Origin: Piromyces finnis finn
Taxonomy: Eukaryota; Fungi; Neocallimastigomycota
NCBI GenBank assembly: GCA_002104945.1
Contig: MCFH01000065.1
Coordinates: forward strand, 62,001-126,000
Direction: 5' to 3'
Length of the DNA stretch: 64,000 nucleotides
The translations under genes were made by a program, and so were the position numbers. Under the pieces are notes generated by a model. It had not been told where the DNA came from and made no database searches. It saw nothing but the letters and a program-made list of their open reading frames with translations. Below, piece by piece: positions 23,901 through 37,715 of this stretch (position 1 is its first letter; the number at the start of each line of letters is the position of its first letter).

Positions 23901-24929
23901 ATATCAAATAAAATAACAGATAAGAATAAAAATATATAAAGAAATGATTTTATTAATATTTATTTAATTATACGTTTAAGAATATCGATGATAATAGTAT
24001 ATGAATTTCAAACTTACACTTTAAGTTTTTTAACATCTTCCATTGTATAATTGGAATAATAAAGATAATTCCCAGAGACATGATAATTGAAAATAAAAAG
24101 TAACAATGCAGATAAATATAATCTAATCATATTAATAATAATAATACTTATTTATTATTTATTTATTTATTTTAAATGTTAATTTGTTTGCTTCTTTTTT
24201 CTTTCTTTTATTCTTTTTTATTTTTTATTTAAAAAAAAAAAAAAAAAAAAAAGAATTTATAACAATTTAAATATAAATTTAAAATTGAATGAAATTTTTA
24301 AAGTTTTGTGTCATAAATTTTTAATTTAAATTTAATATAAAATAAAATTTTATTGTGTAACGTTAATTTTTAACATTTATACAAAAAAAGTAGAAATTGA
24401 ATTTTTTATTTTTTCTAATAATCTTTTTTATTCTATAAACATTTATAAATATATATTTATATATATTATAATAGAATCTCTATTTTAAATAATAAATGGT
24501 TGAGTCATTTATTAATTAAAGAAAAAAAAAAGAATAAAATAAAACTTAATTAAAAATTACATTATTATGACTGTTACAATTGCATTAATTAAATGAATTG
24601 AAATGTAACTTTTTTTTTATCTACTCTATAACAAAACAAGTTAAAAAAAAGGTTGAATTCTGCTTAATGAGAATCTTCCACTAAATCATCATTAAAACAA
24701 ACAAGAATTTCCTTAACAAACAACAAAAACAGAAAACAAAAAATAAAAAAAAAGTAAAGTATAATTGTATATTTATGAAAAATCTTTATATATAATAATA
24801 TATTAATATTTCCTTTTACTTATCACTAAACTAAAATAGGAAAATTAGAAAAAAAAAAAGTCTTGACATAGTTAAAATAAATATTATAATATTTATTTCT
24901 TTATTAACATTTAATTATTGTGTTAATGG

Positions 24930-25682
24930 ATCAAATAGAAATATATCCTTTAATTATTATGAATAATTAAATAGCGTCAATTGTATAGTATTAAAAGAGA
25001 ATTATAATTATAAAATTTATAAAGATTCAAATGATTTTACAAAATAATTGGTTTTGATAATTATTTTGTTCAAGTTGTAACAATCCAATATATGTTAAAC
25101 TACTGTGAATGTGATCCCAATGTTGGTACATGTAGATTAGCATTATTGGCTCAACAATATGATATGAATTACAAGTTAATTTTAAGTCTTCACTTTAATA
25201 AAGATAAAAATATAAGAATAAAAGGTAATTCATTTGAAAATGTATTTCAACAAATATATAATAATAATAAAAATTAAAAAGTTTAAATCTAATAGAATAG
25301 AAAAGGCACATTATTGTAGAACCACAAACAAACTATACTTTAGGTAAGGAAATTAATAATTTTTATGGTGTTTCATATAGTAACCTAAAGAGCTTAATTA
25401 AAAAGGATTATAGGTTTCCATTTTTTCATATTTTCGACGTCTATATCGGAAAGTATCAAAACGGATATAATGATAGAAAAAAATATATTAATATAATAGT
25501 AACTTATGATATTATGGGAGTTGTTCAATGTGTAAGTAAGGACTATACATATTCATCCTCAAAAACTGAGAGAAAAGAATATAAGAAAAATGGGCATAAT
25601 CCTTATTTACCGCCAAATTGTAGTTTTGGTAGAAATCCTCCTGTAGAATTATGGAATGAATTTTTTCATTTGTTAAAACATC
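24930..25682 (+). pseudogene. Possible decayed coding sequence of unknown family
   Basis: Coding-like fragments (LNYCECDPNVGTCRL..; FPFFHIFDVYIGKY..NPYLPPNCSFGRNPPVELWNEFF) broken by stops; no family recognised. Confidence 0.25.
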
Positions 25683-28060
25683 TAACCTGAGCTAATGCAC
25701 ATTTGGCTGATAATGGAGGAATATTCAAATCTTTTGAAATAGAGTATGGAGATATAAACGATACAGCACAGCTTTATGAACTCCGACAATCCATCGTATT
25801 CCTTTGTTAACATGTTTTTGAGCAATCCTAAACCCATATTTGTTGGATCCAAGTAATGGTGCAAAGTATGAAACTCTGCTGATCATTTGTGAGTTAAGTA
25901 CTAGCTTTTTGAAAGGAATAGGAATATTAGGATTTCCTAAAAATTTACTGATTGAGAAAAGTTCTTTCAAAACTTTGTTATTAAGAGCTTTAATCACTGG
26001 TTTAAGGTGCAAGTTCTTATCAAATGGAACACCAAGATAAGTGTAGCAATCAGTAGTTGGAATGGGGTTTCCTGCTAAATAAAATGTTGTTGATCTTTCT
26101 TGTTCTGATTTTCTACTAATTCAGGATCACCATCGCTGAACATTTCTGGATACCAAATTCCATTTCATTATACAAAGCCCATTCATTAACTCTTTTTAGC
26201 ATCTTTTTTAAACATCTTCTTGATGGAGCACAAATAACTATATCATCTGCAAAAAGTCCACCACAGCATTAAATGCCTCCTAAACTAACTCCAGATCTTC
26301 GCATTCTTTAAAAATATCATTAATATAGAGATTAAAAAGAATAAGTGAAAGTGGGCAACCTTGACGGATTCCTTTCTTCACATCAAAAAAATTTCGAGAA
26401 TTGTCCATTTGATTTGACATTAGTCTTAGATATTAAATATAAATTTTTGATAAATTGTAAGACTCTTACCTCGGATTCCTAAACAATCTAATTTATGGAG
26501 AATATTACCGATTGGGACTGAATCGTATGCTTTTCTGAGATCTAAAAAGGCCAAATATGTCTCTTTATTATCTAATTGACGTCTACGACATATTTCTTGG
26601 ATTGAAATGAAAAGACTGATACTTTCTTCCTTTTTTCGAAAACCAAATTGTTCAGGTCTAATGAAATTATTCTTTAGACCTGAACAATTATTCTAAAATT
26701 CTAGTAGTGATAATTTTTGAAATCAACTTAATACCATTAATGATAATTATCGCAATCTGTCAAATCTCCCTTCTTAGGAATAGAAACAATACTGGATTCA
26801 TTCCATGAACTGGGGAAGTCTCCATCCCAAATACGGTTGAATAATTTAAGAATAAAATTTAAACCATGAGTATCATTCTCTAAAGTGGTATTACCAGAAG
26901 AATTATTATTTGTAGTATTATTAGAATTATTACTTGATGGAATTAATGCTTTTTAAAATTCAATTGGAATACCATCCGGACCTGATGCTTTATAATTTGG
27001 AGTAGAGAGGATAGCTGACTTGACTTCATCAATACTAATATCTTGATTGAAATCCCAATCATCAAGCATAAGGGTGTGAAAAACGTTTATTCGTTGGTTC
27101 TTCATGCCAATGCTCTAACTCAAGACTTACACCACTTGGATCTGATGCAAGGTTTTCGAAATGGACATGCCACATCTCTAATTGTTCCTCCGTAGCAACA
27201 ACTAAATCTTCATTTTTATTTTTAATTGGTTGAGCAATAAAGAAAGTATCTTTTCCAATTTTTGCAGTTTTCTTGATCCATTTCCAGGCCTTTTTAGGAT
27301 TATGACTCTTCATATACTCACAACCTATTTTAATCTAATGAAGATATTCTTGTTTCCTAAATTCATTACATTTTTTGTGGATGTAATCAATGAGCTTACA
27401 GTAGATTTTAATCCTTTTAATAAATTCATCTATATCATAAATTCTTTCTTTTTTAAATCTCATATAGAGCTTCATTTTGATTTTTTAGAGATTAAAAATT
27501 TGTTGTGAAATATGAAATGAAGATTTTATAACATTATTTAGTGAAGTAATACTGAGCTCGTCTGCAATTGAAAAAGCGGTTGAAGTAAATTTTTTGGAAA
27601 GTTCATCTGTAGAAACATTAGGATCATTTAGTTTTATATACTTTCAGCAAAACTTAATGAAAATTTAATTAATGAATGTAAACATGTAAAAGCAACACTT
27701 GGTATAATTGGTTTACTATCAAAGAAAGAAGACAGTAATGATAATAATGATGATAATAATAATGATAATAATGATAATAATAATGTTTCCACTAATAATT
27801 CAGATGATAGATATGCTTTAAAAAAATGAATGTATTATTAATAATAATCTAAATATTCAGAATATTATAATAAAACAAGCTAAAGATCTCGAAAATTACT
27901 GTTATAAATTACATGAATGTCTTAAAACTATTAATGATAAGATAGTTCTCCGGATGGACCTGTTTTTATTTATTGATGATATGGGTATTTATTATTTTGC
28001 TGCATTACTTTGGGCAATGGGTTATAGATATATTTACGACAGTAAATCAGCATTGAAATA
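25683..28060 (-). mobile_element. Decayed non-LTR retrotransposon (LINE) reverse transcriptase region
   Basis: Minus-strand motifs ASGPDGIPIEF, FLDLRKAYDSV, GIRQGCPLS (~26350-26372), GLFADDIV (~26240-26260), YLGVPF; many stops and frameshifts; boundaries approximate. Confidence 0.85.
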
Positions 28061-28318
28061 TAGATAAAAGTTATCTTTGATTATGTTAAATAATTTTATT
28101 AATGAAAAAAAGTATACATTATTTTAAATTTTATATTTAAAATGTACATTATTAATAAAACATCTACTACAAAAAAACAAACATTTTATAAAAAACTCCC
28201 TAAACAATATTTTAGTTTTTTTTTTTTTTTTATTATTTATTAATATAAATGTTCTAATTAATAATAAATAGTAGGAGGAATGACAAACTATTTTTTTTTT
28301 CTTTTTATATATAACAAT

Positions 28319-29505
28319 TTAATTTTCTATTAAATTTAGAATTTCATTTATATTATTAGCTAAATGTTTATTTCCTAAACTTGTCATATGAGAATTTTTC
28401 CAAAAGTAATATTTCATTTTATCTTTTTGATTCCAAGTCCAACGACTATCACAATTCTTAAAACCATAGTGACTACAATTGTTACTAATATCCTCACAAA
28501 ATTCTGCGGCATCATAAATAATTATATTTGAATCTGGATGCTTTTCAAAAAATTCTATTCCTTTTTTTTCTATTAAATCATTAAATTTTTCAAATGAAGA
28601 AAGGGTATCTTTATCAACTTTACATGCTTTACATAATGGAATACTTTTAAAAATCAGAATATTTCTTGCACCAGCATTATACATTTCTCCAATAATATTA
28701 TAATATTTATTTATGATAAGGTCTATATTTTTTTCTTTACTAAATATATCATTAAAACCCATAAATATTGCAAATAATGAATTTTTGCTATTCCATTTAT
28801 TAGAAAAAGGTTTTCCTTTAGACATATTTTTAATAAATAAATTATATTGACTTTTAAAGGATGGTCTTCCCTTTCTATAATAATAATAGTTATTATTATT
28901 ATTATTATTAAATTAAAAAATATAATAATAATTTTTAAATTTTAATATATTTATACGATTTATACGTATATGTATAAAAATATATATTATATTGAAGATA
29001 TTATAAAATTTTTATTACACATTTTCTTCAATAACAGATCTGCTAACTCCATAATTCCACAATTTCATATTATTTAATTTCATTAAATACAATGGCCAAT
29101 TTTTACCACCAGATTGATTCTATTTTATTAATTTTTTTTTTTTTAAAAAAAATTCTTTATATTTTTTTATAATATAATGAAAACAAACAAAAAAAACATA
29201 CCTTTCCTGTATAAGTCATATCTTTAAAATTTGTACCTACTTGTGAATGTGAATCACTAATAATTTGTATATGAAAAGACATATAAAATAATATTATTAA
29301 TAAAAACTAATTTTAAATTAATAATAATAATTACATTATCATTTTTATACCCAAATACAATCAAATTGGATATTTTAGAATATTGGAAAGTATTGGAATT
29401 TGATAGGAATACATCAGCACTACCACCCCATTCTGGTTTTATTTTTTCAGAAAAAACATTTGTAAATATGAATAAACTTGAAAACAAAAAATTATATATT
29501 TTCAT
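28319..29505 (-). CDS. Secreted SGNH/GDSL hydrolase (CE16-like acetylesterase), multi-exon
   Basis: Signal peptide MKIYNFLFSSLFIFTNVFS; catalytic VFG|DS split by an intron; GGKNWPLYL, NYGVSRS, MGFNDI (block III) and terminal YFWKNSHMT; GT-AG introns visible. Confidence 0.82.
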
Positions 29506-29878
29506 TTTTTTAATGATAATAATATTGATGATGATAAAATATTAAAAACTATTATTTAATAATTAAGAGAAAAGGGTTTTAAAAAAAAGGCACTCTTTTT
29601 ATATATTTTTAAAACTGAAAAAAAAAATATCTAACGAACTAATTAAGCAAAGTATTGAATCAATTTAAATTTTATTATGGATATTAAAATGAATTATCAA
29701 CTTTTTTTTTTTTTTCTATAAACACACTAAATATATATAAATTTTTAAACACTATTTAATAATAAAGTTTTTTTTTATGTAATTATATTTCATACAATAA
29801 AATAGAGTTTACTATTTAATTATAAATTGGGTTGTATGGATTAAAAGAATTAACTTTTTTTTTTTAATATGATTTATA

Positions 29879-30148
29879 TGTGAAAATAAATTTAATTAAT
29901 AAATAATTTTATTCATAAGGTTAACAAAGAGAAAAAGTTACATTGTAAGTTTACAGTTATATAATGAGATATAAGGTTATGTGATCATAGAAATAAATTA
30001 AAGAATAACTATCTCTACAACACGTAGACATTACGTTTACAACACTTTTAACAAACGTTTCATGTTTGTTTTTTAAAAGTTAGTCATCACGTGTGTTCAT
30101 AAATATATGATATATGTAATTAAAATTATGTGTCCATAAATGTTCAAA
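29879..30148 (-). mobile_element. Diverged solo LTR of Copia family D
   Basis: Reverse complement of 13814-14092 with substitutions; near-TSD TTATA/ATATA. Confidence 0.85.
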
Positions 30149-31178
30149 ATATATATATATATATATATATTTTAATCATAACATTATATAAATGAATATT
30201 AAAAAAAAATGAATTGTAGAGTAACCAACAACAATTTTTATTCTACCATAATTAAATAATATAATAATAATGATAATAATAAGAAGAAGAAGAAGAAGAA
30301 TAAAAAAGAATTTTTTTTTTTTTTTACTTTATTATAATATAAAAGAATTATCACCACTACAATAATTAATAAAATATTAAAAACATGACCAAATAAACCG
30401 TAAAAGTTATTTCAACATTTTTACTATATATTGCATTGTATTTATTAGTTAAATAATGTAGGTATAAATATAAATTATAGACTAATTTTAAAAGGTTTTT
30501 AAGTGTATTTCATACATTTAACTCTTTTTTTGTAGAATAATAATTTTTTTAAATTAAATTAATTCATATTTAAATAAATAATAAAATTCAAAACTTTAAA
30601 AAAAAGAGAATATTTTATAATAAAGCTTAAATTAATTTTGATTCCTTTTTTTAAACAAAGATTTCTCCATTTTATTTTTATAAAATTTTATTATTATATT
30701 TAAATGTTTTTTTTTTTTTTTTTGTATCCTTTTTAAATACTTTTTAAAGTCTTTAACTTTTTGATAATGAAAAAAATTTTGAAACCAATAAAAATACATT
30801 AAATCAGTAATTAAGAAAAAGAACAAACTTTTTAATAATTATTTTAAATAAATATCTATAGAATAAAATAAAATAAAATTTTGTATTATGAATTACTAAT
30901 TGAAACAAGAAATTTAAATATAGAAAATAATAAATTATATTTAGAAAAGTCATGATTCTTTTAAAATAGTTACCAACTATTAATGAAAGAATTAAAACTT
31001 TCTAGAGAGTTTCTGTATTTTATTATAAAATCTATAAATTACTCTATGAAATTGGATAAAAAATAGGATATTCCTTTTTTTTTTTTTTTTTATATATATA
31101 TATTTTATTTTTTAAAGAAAATTATTTTTCTAAATAAATAATTATACTAGTAAATATAAATAAAGCTAAAAAAAAAAA

Positions 31179-32489
31179 ATGGAAGAGGTAAAGAATAATT
31201 CAGAAAATGGAGTTGAAAATGAAAATAATAAAATAGAAAAAACAGCGTCCATTCCAAATTTTGTTATTGAAATTTCTGATCCTAAATTAAATAGAGAAAG
31301 TAATGCTACTAGTGAAAATACATTAAATGAAATAGATTTAGACATTGTTAATAATAAAAAGAATAATATTGAAAAGGAGGTGAATATAAATGAACCTAAA
31401 AAAAAGAGTAAACGTTTATACTGGGCAGATTGTGCACGTATTTTCTCTACCGTTTGTATTATCTTTTTACATTCCACTGGAAATGCATGTGAAAAAACTT
31501 TATTAAAAAGAAATGATCTTAATTGGATCTTTGTTTGTTGTTATAACTGTTTCACACGTTTTGGTGTACCAATGTTTGTTCTTCTTTCCGGTACTTTTAT
31601 TTTAGACCCTTCTAAAAAATTTTCATTTAAAAAATTATTTAGACATAATATCTTAAGATTAGCAACAGCCTTTACTTTTTGGTCTACCATCAATGCCTTA
31701 CTTAACATTTATGTGTATAAAAAGAAACAACCCAAAGACTTTTTTAAACTATTTTTCGTTGGAGAAGAATATTTATGGTTTATTTTTATGATTATCGGAT
31801 GTTATTTAATTTCACCATTTTTACGTTTATTTTCAGATGATATGGTTCTTTCAAGATACTTCCTTGGTTTATGCGTCTTCTGGGGTTCTTTCATTCCAAC
31901 CTTGACCAATATCTTTAATGTCTATAAATTAACGGATGCTAAAGACGAATTAAATACCTGGGTTAATCGTTGGCATTATCATTTCACATTAGAATTTATT
32001 GGATACTATGTAGCTGGTTATCATATTGTTAAACATGTCAATATAAAGAGTGTTAAAATTCGTGTCACTCTTTATCTTCTTGGTTTGATGGATCTTGTTT
32101 TATTCACCTATTTAACCTACCGACAAGAACTTAAAAATAAAAAGAGATATTCCAAAGAATTTAGAGATAATTACACCTTAACTGTTGCCTTTTATACCAT
32201 TGTTTTATTCATTTTCTTTAAACATGAGATAGGAAGAATTGAATTTTCAAAACGTGCCATTAAATATATTTCAAAATTATCCTCTTTAACTTTTGGGATG
32301 TATTTAGTTCATATGATACTTAAAATAGTACTTTCAAAATACGCTCATATTAAACAAGAAGAATTTTTAGGAGTTAAATTAAGTGCAAAAATTGGTTGTC
32401 CAATATTTGCCATTACAATTACCATACTTAGTTTATTAATAAGTTATTTATTATCCATTACACCAGTATTAAAAAATTATGTACTTTAA
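31179..32489 (+). CDS. Acyltransferase-3 family membrane O-acyltransferase, intronless, 436 aa
   Basis: LYWADCARIFSTVCIIFLH and RFGVPMFVLLSG motifs, about 10 hydrophobic segments, SSLTFGMYLVH; low-complexity N-terminal extension. Confidence 0.88.
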   Translation: MEEVKNNSENGVENENNKIEKTASIPNFVIEISDPKLNRESNATSENTLNEIDLDIVNNKKNNIEKEVNINEPKKKSKRLYWADCARIFSTVCIIFLHSTGNACEKTLLKRNDLNWIFVCCYNCFTRFGVPMFVLLSGTFILDPSKKFSFKKLFRHNILRLATAFTFWSTINALLNIYVYKKKQPKDFFKLFFVGEEYLWFIFMIIGCYLISPFLRLFSDDMVLSRYFLGLCVFWGSFIPTLTNIFNVYKLTDAKDELNTWVNRWHYHFTLEFIGYYVAGYHIVKHVNIKSVKIRVTLYLLGLMDLVLFTYLTYRQELKNKKRYSKEFRDNYTLTVAFYTIVLFIFFKHEIGRIEFSKRAIKYISKLSSLTFGMYLVHMILKIVLSKYAHIKQEEFLGVKLSAKIGCPIFAITITILSLLISYLLSITPVLKNYVL

Positions 32490-33085
32490 AAAGTTTTTAT
32501 CAAGAAAAAAAAAATTTTTTTTTTATTCTTTTTCTTTTCTAGATAATAACTTTTAATATTCTTTTTTTTTTCTTTTTAATTATTAGGTATTAATATATTT
32601 TATTAATTATTCATGTAATTATAAAACATTAGACATTATTAATTCAAAAATATATATACATATGTAACTAATAAAATAAAAATAAAAAATTTAAATACAA
32701 ACAATTGAACATATAGGAATTTATGTGTAAAAACTTTTTTATTTTTTTGAATAAATAGACTAAACTTTTTAAAAAAAAAAAAAAAACACTCTCAATTTTT
32801 GTTTGTGTGGAGTGTGTGTATGTTTTTTTTTTTCCATAATATAAAATAAATTAAAATTATTATTTTTTAAAGAATAAATTACTTTTAAATGATAATATAT
32901 AAATTATCTAAATTCGATTTAATACATATAATATATACTATCATAACAAGGAAAATGAAAAAAAAAATAAATAAATATTTACATATATTTTTTAATCTAA
33001 AAAAAAATATACATAATAATTACAGATAATAATGATTAAAAAAAAAAATAATTTAAAAAAGTTTTTCTTTTCTTCTTTTTAATTA

Positions 33086-35272
33086 TTAATTATTGGTATC
33101 TCTATGTCTGTTGTAACCATGATTTGGCATTGGAATATCATCTGGAATTCTAACTGGAGGAACTCCTGGGTTGCTTAAACCTTGAGGACTATTGATAATA
33201 CCACACCATTCACCATTTTCCATAGACCAATTATTTCCATTTTCGCTATATAATACTTCTGTTGCTTCTCTACAACATGGGAAGCCTTGTTCTTGAGCCC
33301 AGCATTCAGCAATAGCTGAAGAAACAGCCATTGATGGCATCATGTTATTATTATCAATGCTGTTATCTTGTTGTTGTTGTTGTTGTTGGCCACCAACAGG
33401 TCTATCGTATAAACACCAAATACTACCTTCAATATTCCATTCACCAGCACCATCAACGGAAATAATACCACCATTTAAATCTAAACAACATGGGAAACCA
33501 GATTGTTTACAACCCTTTTGGTGTTCTTCTAAAATAACATCAGTAGATTCAGTACTTGGAAGTTGGAAATTACCACCTTCTAAATATTCACTGGCAAAGG
33601 AACAATCAATTTGATATTGAGTACAAACAAATCTAAATTTTTCAATAATCCAACGCTTAACACCGTAAATTTCATCTAAATCATAATCTACTGAGGTGTA
33701 GTATTTTCTAAGGTAATAATTATGGAATCCAGCATTATTTAAATAATCTTGCATAGTGAATCCATTTTCAATTTTATAGGCTGGACGAAGTAAATGACCT
33801 GGACGGGAGACTGAATCATTTTCTGGAGTACGATCTTCTAAAATATATGGTTGTAAATAGTCCATTAATTCATCGATACGTGGGAAAAGCTTTACTGGGT
33901 TAAAAGCAGTCATTACTATTTCTTTTATAGCATCAATAAGTTTTTGGTTGTTTTCATTTAATCCAAGAAGTTGATAAAGAGGTAATTCCATTTCATTGGA
34001 AAATTCAGAGAAAGTTTGAGCAGGATTTGGAGTTTTATAGGCACCAAAATCACTATCAAAATCATATAATAAATTTATCCATTTACCTTTGTTATTGTAA
34101 AGGTATTGGTTATGTTGAGTTGTGACGTGATCCCATGAACCAGTAAGATATTTGTAGGCTTGCCATTTGATATATAAATCAACATCAAAGAATTGTGATA
34201 ATTCTTCTTCACTTTGAGCAGTTTCTAAACTTTGAATAAAATTAGTGTATTGAGCATCAGCTTCTTTTGAGTCTTCATTAATACAATTAAAGTAAAAACT
34301 AGAACCGTATTCAGCATCACATTCATAAAGAGAAGTTGTATTTACTTCACCAAAGTTTGTTTCAATCCAATCAGATTTAAAAGTATCACGAACTAAATAA
34401 AGACCCATGTCATCATTATTAATTAAAACCTTAGTGTAAGAAGCTTCAACTGAAGGTAAATCTAAAATATCAGTTAAATCACAACCAATCTTTGAACGAA
34501 GGAAACTTGGATCAATAACTTCTGAACGTAATCTGAGATTCTTTTTACCGAATAAATCACCATTCTTTATTTGAATATTGAATTGTGGTTTTTCAAATAC
34601 TTGAGTGTATTTACCACCAACAGAAAACTTTACTTTTTCCTTTGTTGTAATTTCACTTTTTGTTGATTATACCACACCCGAATGAAATAAATTTAAATAA
34701 AAATACAAATAAAAAAAAAGAATTAAATAAATATATGTTTTTAAAAATAAAAGTTTTTTTTTGTTGTTGTTGTTGTTTTATTTTTATACCTACCCATTAA
34801 GAATGAAATCAATAGAAGCCTTTTTTTCTTCATAACTTGGAATAAAAACGTAGGATTGACGTTGTGAAAAGATAGTTGGTAATGAAAGTGAACTAGCAAC
34901 ACTAATAATACTACTAAAATCATCATAATTAAGTTCTGGGTTTGTTAATTGATTTTGTTGTTCAAAAGTTAATTTAGTGTTATCGATAACACCATTTTGA
35001 ACAAGAGAATTCATAATTTCATTGTAATTAACCCATGGTGCTTTATAACAATCTTCATTAAAACTTTCATAACTTGGGTGAGTATCGTATAAACATTGAA
35101 AAGTTAATTTAAAATTATTATAAGCTTCATCAGATAAATTAATACGAATGGTTGGCATATTCAATTCAATTTTTTCAAAGAATTCATCTCTTTGAATTCC
35201 TTCAAAATAGTTGGCTTTAACAAAGCCTAAGCTACTAAGTACAGTAGCAACGATATATTTATTAAATTTCAT
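33086..35272 (-). CDS. Secreted CotH-kinase-domain protein with two fungal dockerin domains; exons 34794-35272 and 33086-34655 (~682 aa)
   Basis: Signal peptide MKFNKYIVATVLSSLGFVKA; the GT..AG intron 34656-34793 keeps frame; KFSVGGKY, LKLRSE..DPSFLRSK, GLYLVRD, YLTGSWDH..NQYLY, YDFDSDFG CotH motifs; two CC..W..E..WC dockerins separated by poly-Q. Confidence 0.92.
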
Positions 35273-37527
35273 TTTTTATTACTTTTTTTTTTAAATGAAT
35301 TATATCTATTACTCTATTTCAATATATATACAATATATAATGATGAATAAATAATTTCTTTCCTTTTTTTATTCTTTAAATGGTTTAAAATAGAATTAAA
35401 CAACAATTTTTAATTTATATATATTTATATTTAATAATGAATTGTTTTTATTATTATTATCCAGTAATAATAATATTATTTTTTTTTTTTTTTAATAAAA
35501 ATTATATTTAAAAGTAGAGTTAAAAAGAAAAAAACAACTATTTTCTTTCTTATTGAAAAAGAAAAAGACTTTATTTCTTTTTTTAATACAATTTATAACT
35601 ATTTATATCAAAAATTTTTAATTTAATATTAATATATACAAAACATTTTTATTTATATTTAATTAATTTATTCAATGGAAAATAGGAAAAATATTAATAT
35701 TACCACAATTTAGAATAGAATATTATTTATTAGAATATATTGTAATATATTTAAAATCTTTTATTACCGATTTAATTTTTATGTTTCACGCTTAATAAAA
35801 TTAAATCTCATTATTGGATTAATTTTTAATAATTTATTAAAAATGAATAATATTTTACATAGTAATTCTTATTCAAAAAAAAAAAAGAGTATTTTAAAAT
35901 ACGAATTTCAAGTTATTTTTTCTATTTACACTTTATAATTTCTTGGGTAATTGATAATAAAATAAATTGATCCATAGTATAAATTTATTATTGTAGTTTA
36001 TATAATTTTTAAATTTTATATCTTTTACCTTTATTATTATTGTATATTTAAATGATTTTTGAATTATTTTATAAAGTTAATATTAATTTATAATTAATTT
36101 AAAAAAATGACATATTAAATTATTTAATATAAATAAACTTTATTTTATAATATTTTATTTATATTTTTTTTTGGTAAACCTTGACTTTTTATTAATTTTT
36201 AATTTAAATGTTTTAGATTTTAGTGGTCACACAAATTATATTGGCTGATAGTTAACTATTTTAAATGAATTTTTAGTATAGAGCCAATGATATAAATGTG
36301 TAATTAAAAATTCTTAAGTAAATAAATTAAAGCATAAGCAATTTTGAAATCTTATTGGTTATCAACAGAATTACCGTTTTTATAAAAAAATAAAAAATCT
36401 CCACTGAATATTAATTTTTGAAAATTTAAATTATAATTCATTGATCATTAATTAATGGTTAATCTTTAAGTATTGGTAAATAAATCTTAGATAATGCATA
36501 TAGTTATGTTTACACGTGATATAATTATAGATAAGTGCAACAATTTATGGATAATAATCACATGATCTGATTATTCAATACTTGTTCAAAAATTAATAAA
36601 ATTATAAAAATAAAAGGTATTAAATCCTTAGTATTATCCTTGATGCTATTTAATAAATGTGTTTTTTTCTTAATAATAATTAATAACGAAAATGGCATTT
36701 AATAATGTAATATTTTATTATTATCATCAACGATACAAGTATTTGGTATTTTATTAATAGTATTTAGGTATTATTATTTAATATTCTATTTTTATTTATG
36801 CATTATTATTTAATACTAATATTTTATTAATATTCTATTTTTGTTTAAAAAATAGCCAATTTTAATCCAAGCGTTGACTAACAAAAATATTATAAGAAAA
36901 AAAAAAAAAAGAAAGAATTTATAATTTTCTTTTTATATAATTAAACTATTGTAAATATTTAATGTTGTATAGAGAGAATAACTTTCATTTATTATGACTA
37001 TTAATTGTTTATAAAAGAAAAAAAAAAGTTTTTAAATTATATTGATAGTTGTGTGTTATAAAACTAATTTAAAAAGTAAAATAAGAATGGGATTAACAAG
37101 TTTTTATTAAGCAAAGGAATCTTTTATTTCATTATATCTATATTCTCCCCCTATAAAATGCTTTTCTTTTTTGATATAAAAAAATAAAAAGATGCTTTTT
37201 AAACTTTTTAAATTCATTATTTTATCATACTAAAAAAGGTTATGTTTATATCAAAATTTTTTAAAATTATTTTAACCACTTTTTTTACCATAATGTTTAT
37301 ATAACTTGACCATAAAATTTTAATTAATTATTAATTTATATAAATATAATTATTATTATTATGTTTATTATTATTATCATTATTATTATATATGTTGTTT
37401 TTTATTCTTATGTTTGTTATTAGTCCAATGCTTAAATTCTCGTTCTTGTATTTTTTAAATAACAATAATCTTTTATATAGATATAAAACCATTCTTTTAA
37501 AAATCCTTAAATATTTCAAATCCACCT

Positions 37528-37715
37528 GATAAGATCAGAAAAAGAAAATATGAAAACCACATGATACAATAAAAATTATTCAAGAAAACATAAATTTATT
37601 GCTAATTTTTATTATTAAATATCTAAATGCACGTGATAAAATCAGAAAATAAAATATGAAAACCACATGATACAATAAAATTATTCAAAAACATAAATCT
37701 ATTGTTATTTTTTTT
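37528..37715 (+). repeat. Imperfect tandem duplication, period ~107 bp
   Basis: GATAA(G/A)ATCAGAAAA..AATATGAAAACCACATGATACAATAAAA occurs at 37528 and 37635. Confidence 0.8.

Noticed and set aside
36513-37636. CACGTG E-boxes as regulatory sites
   Set aside because: Isolated hexamers with no independent support.
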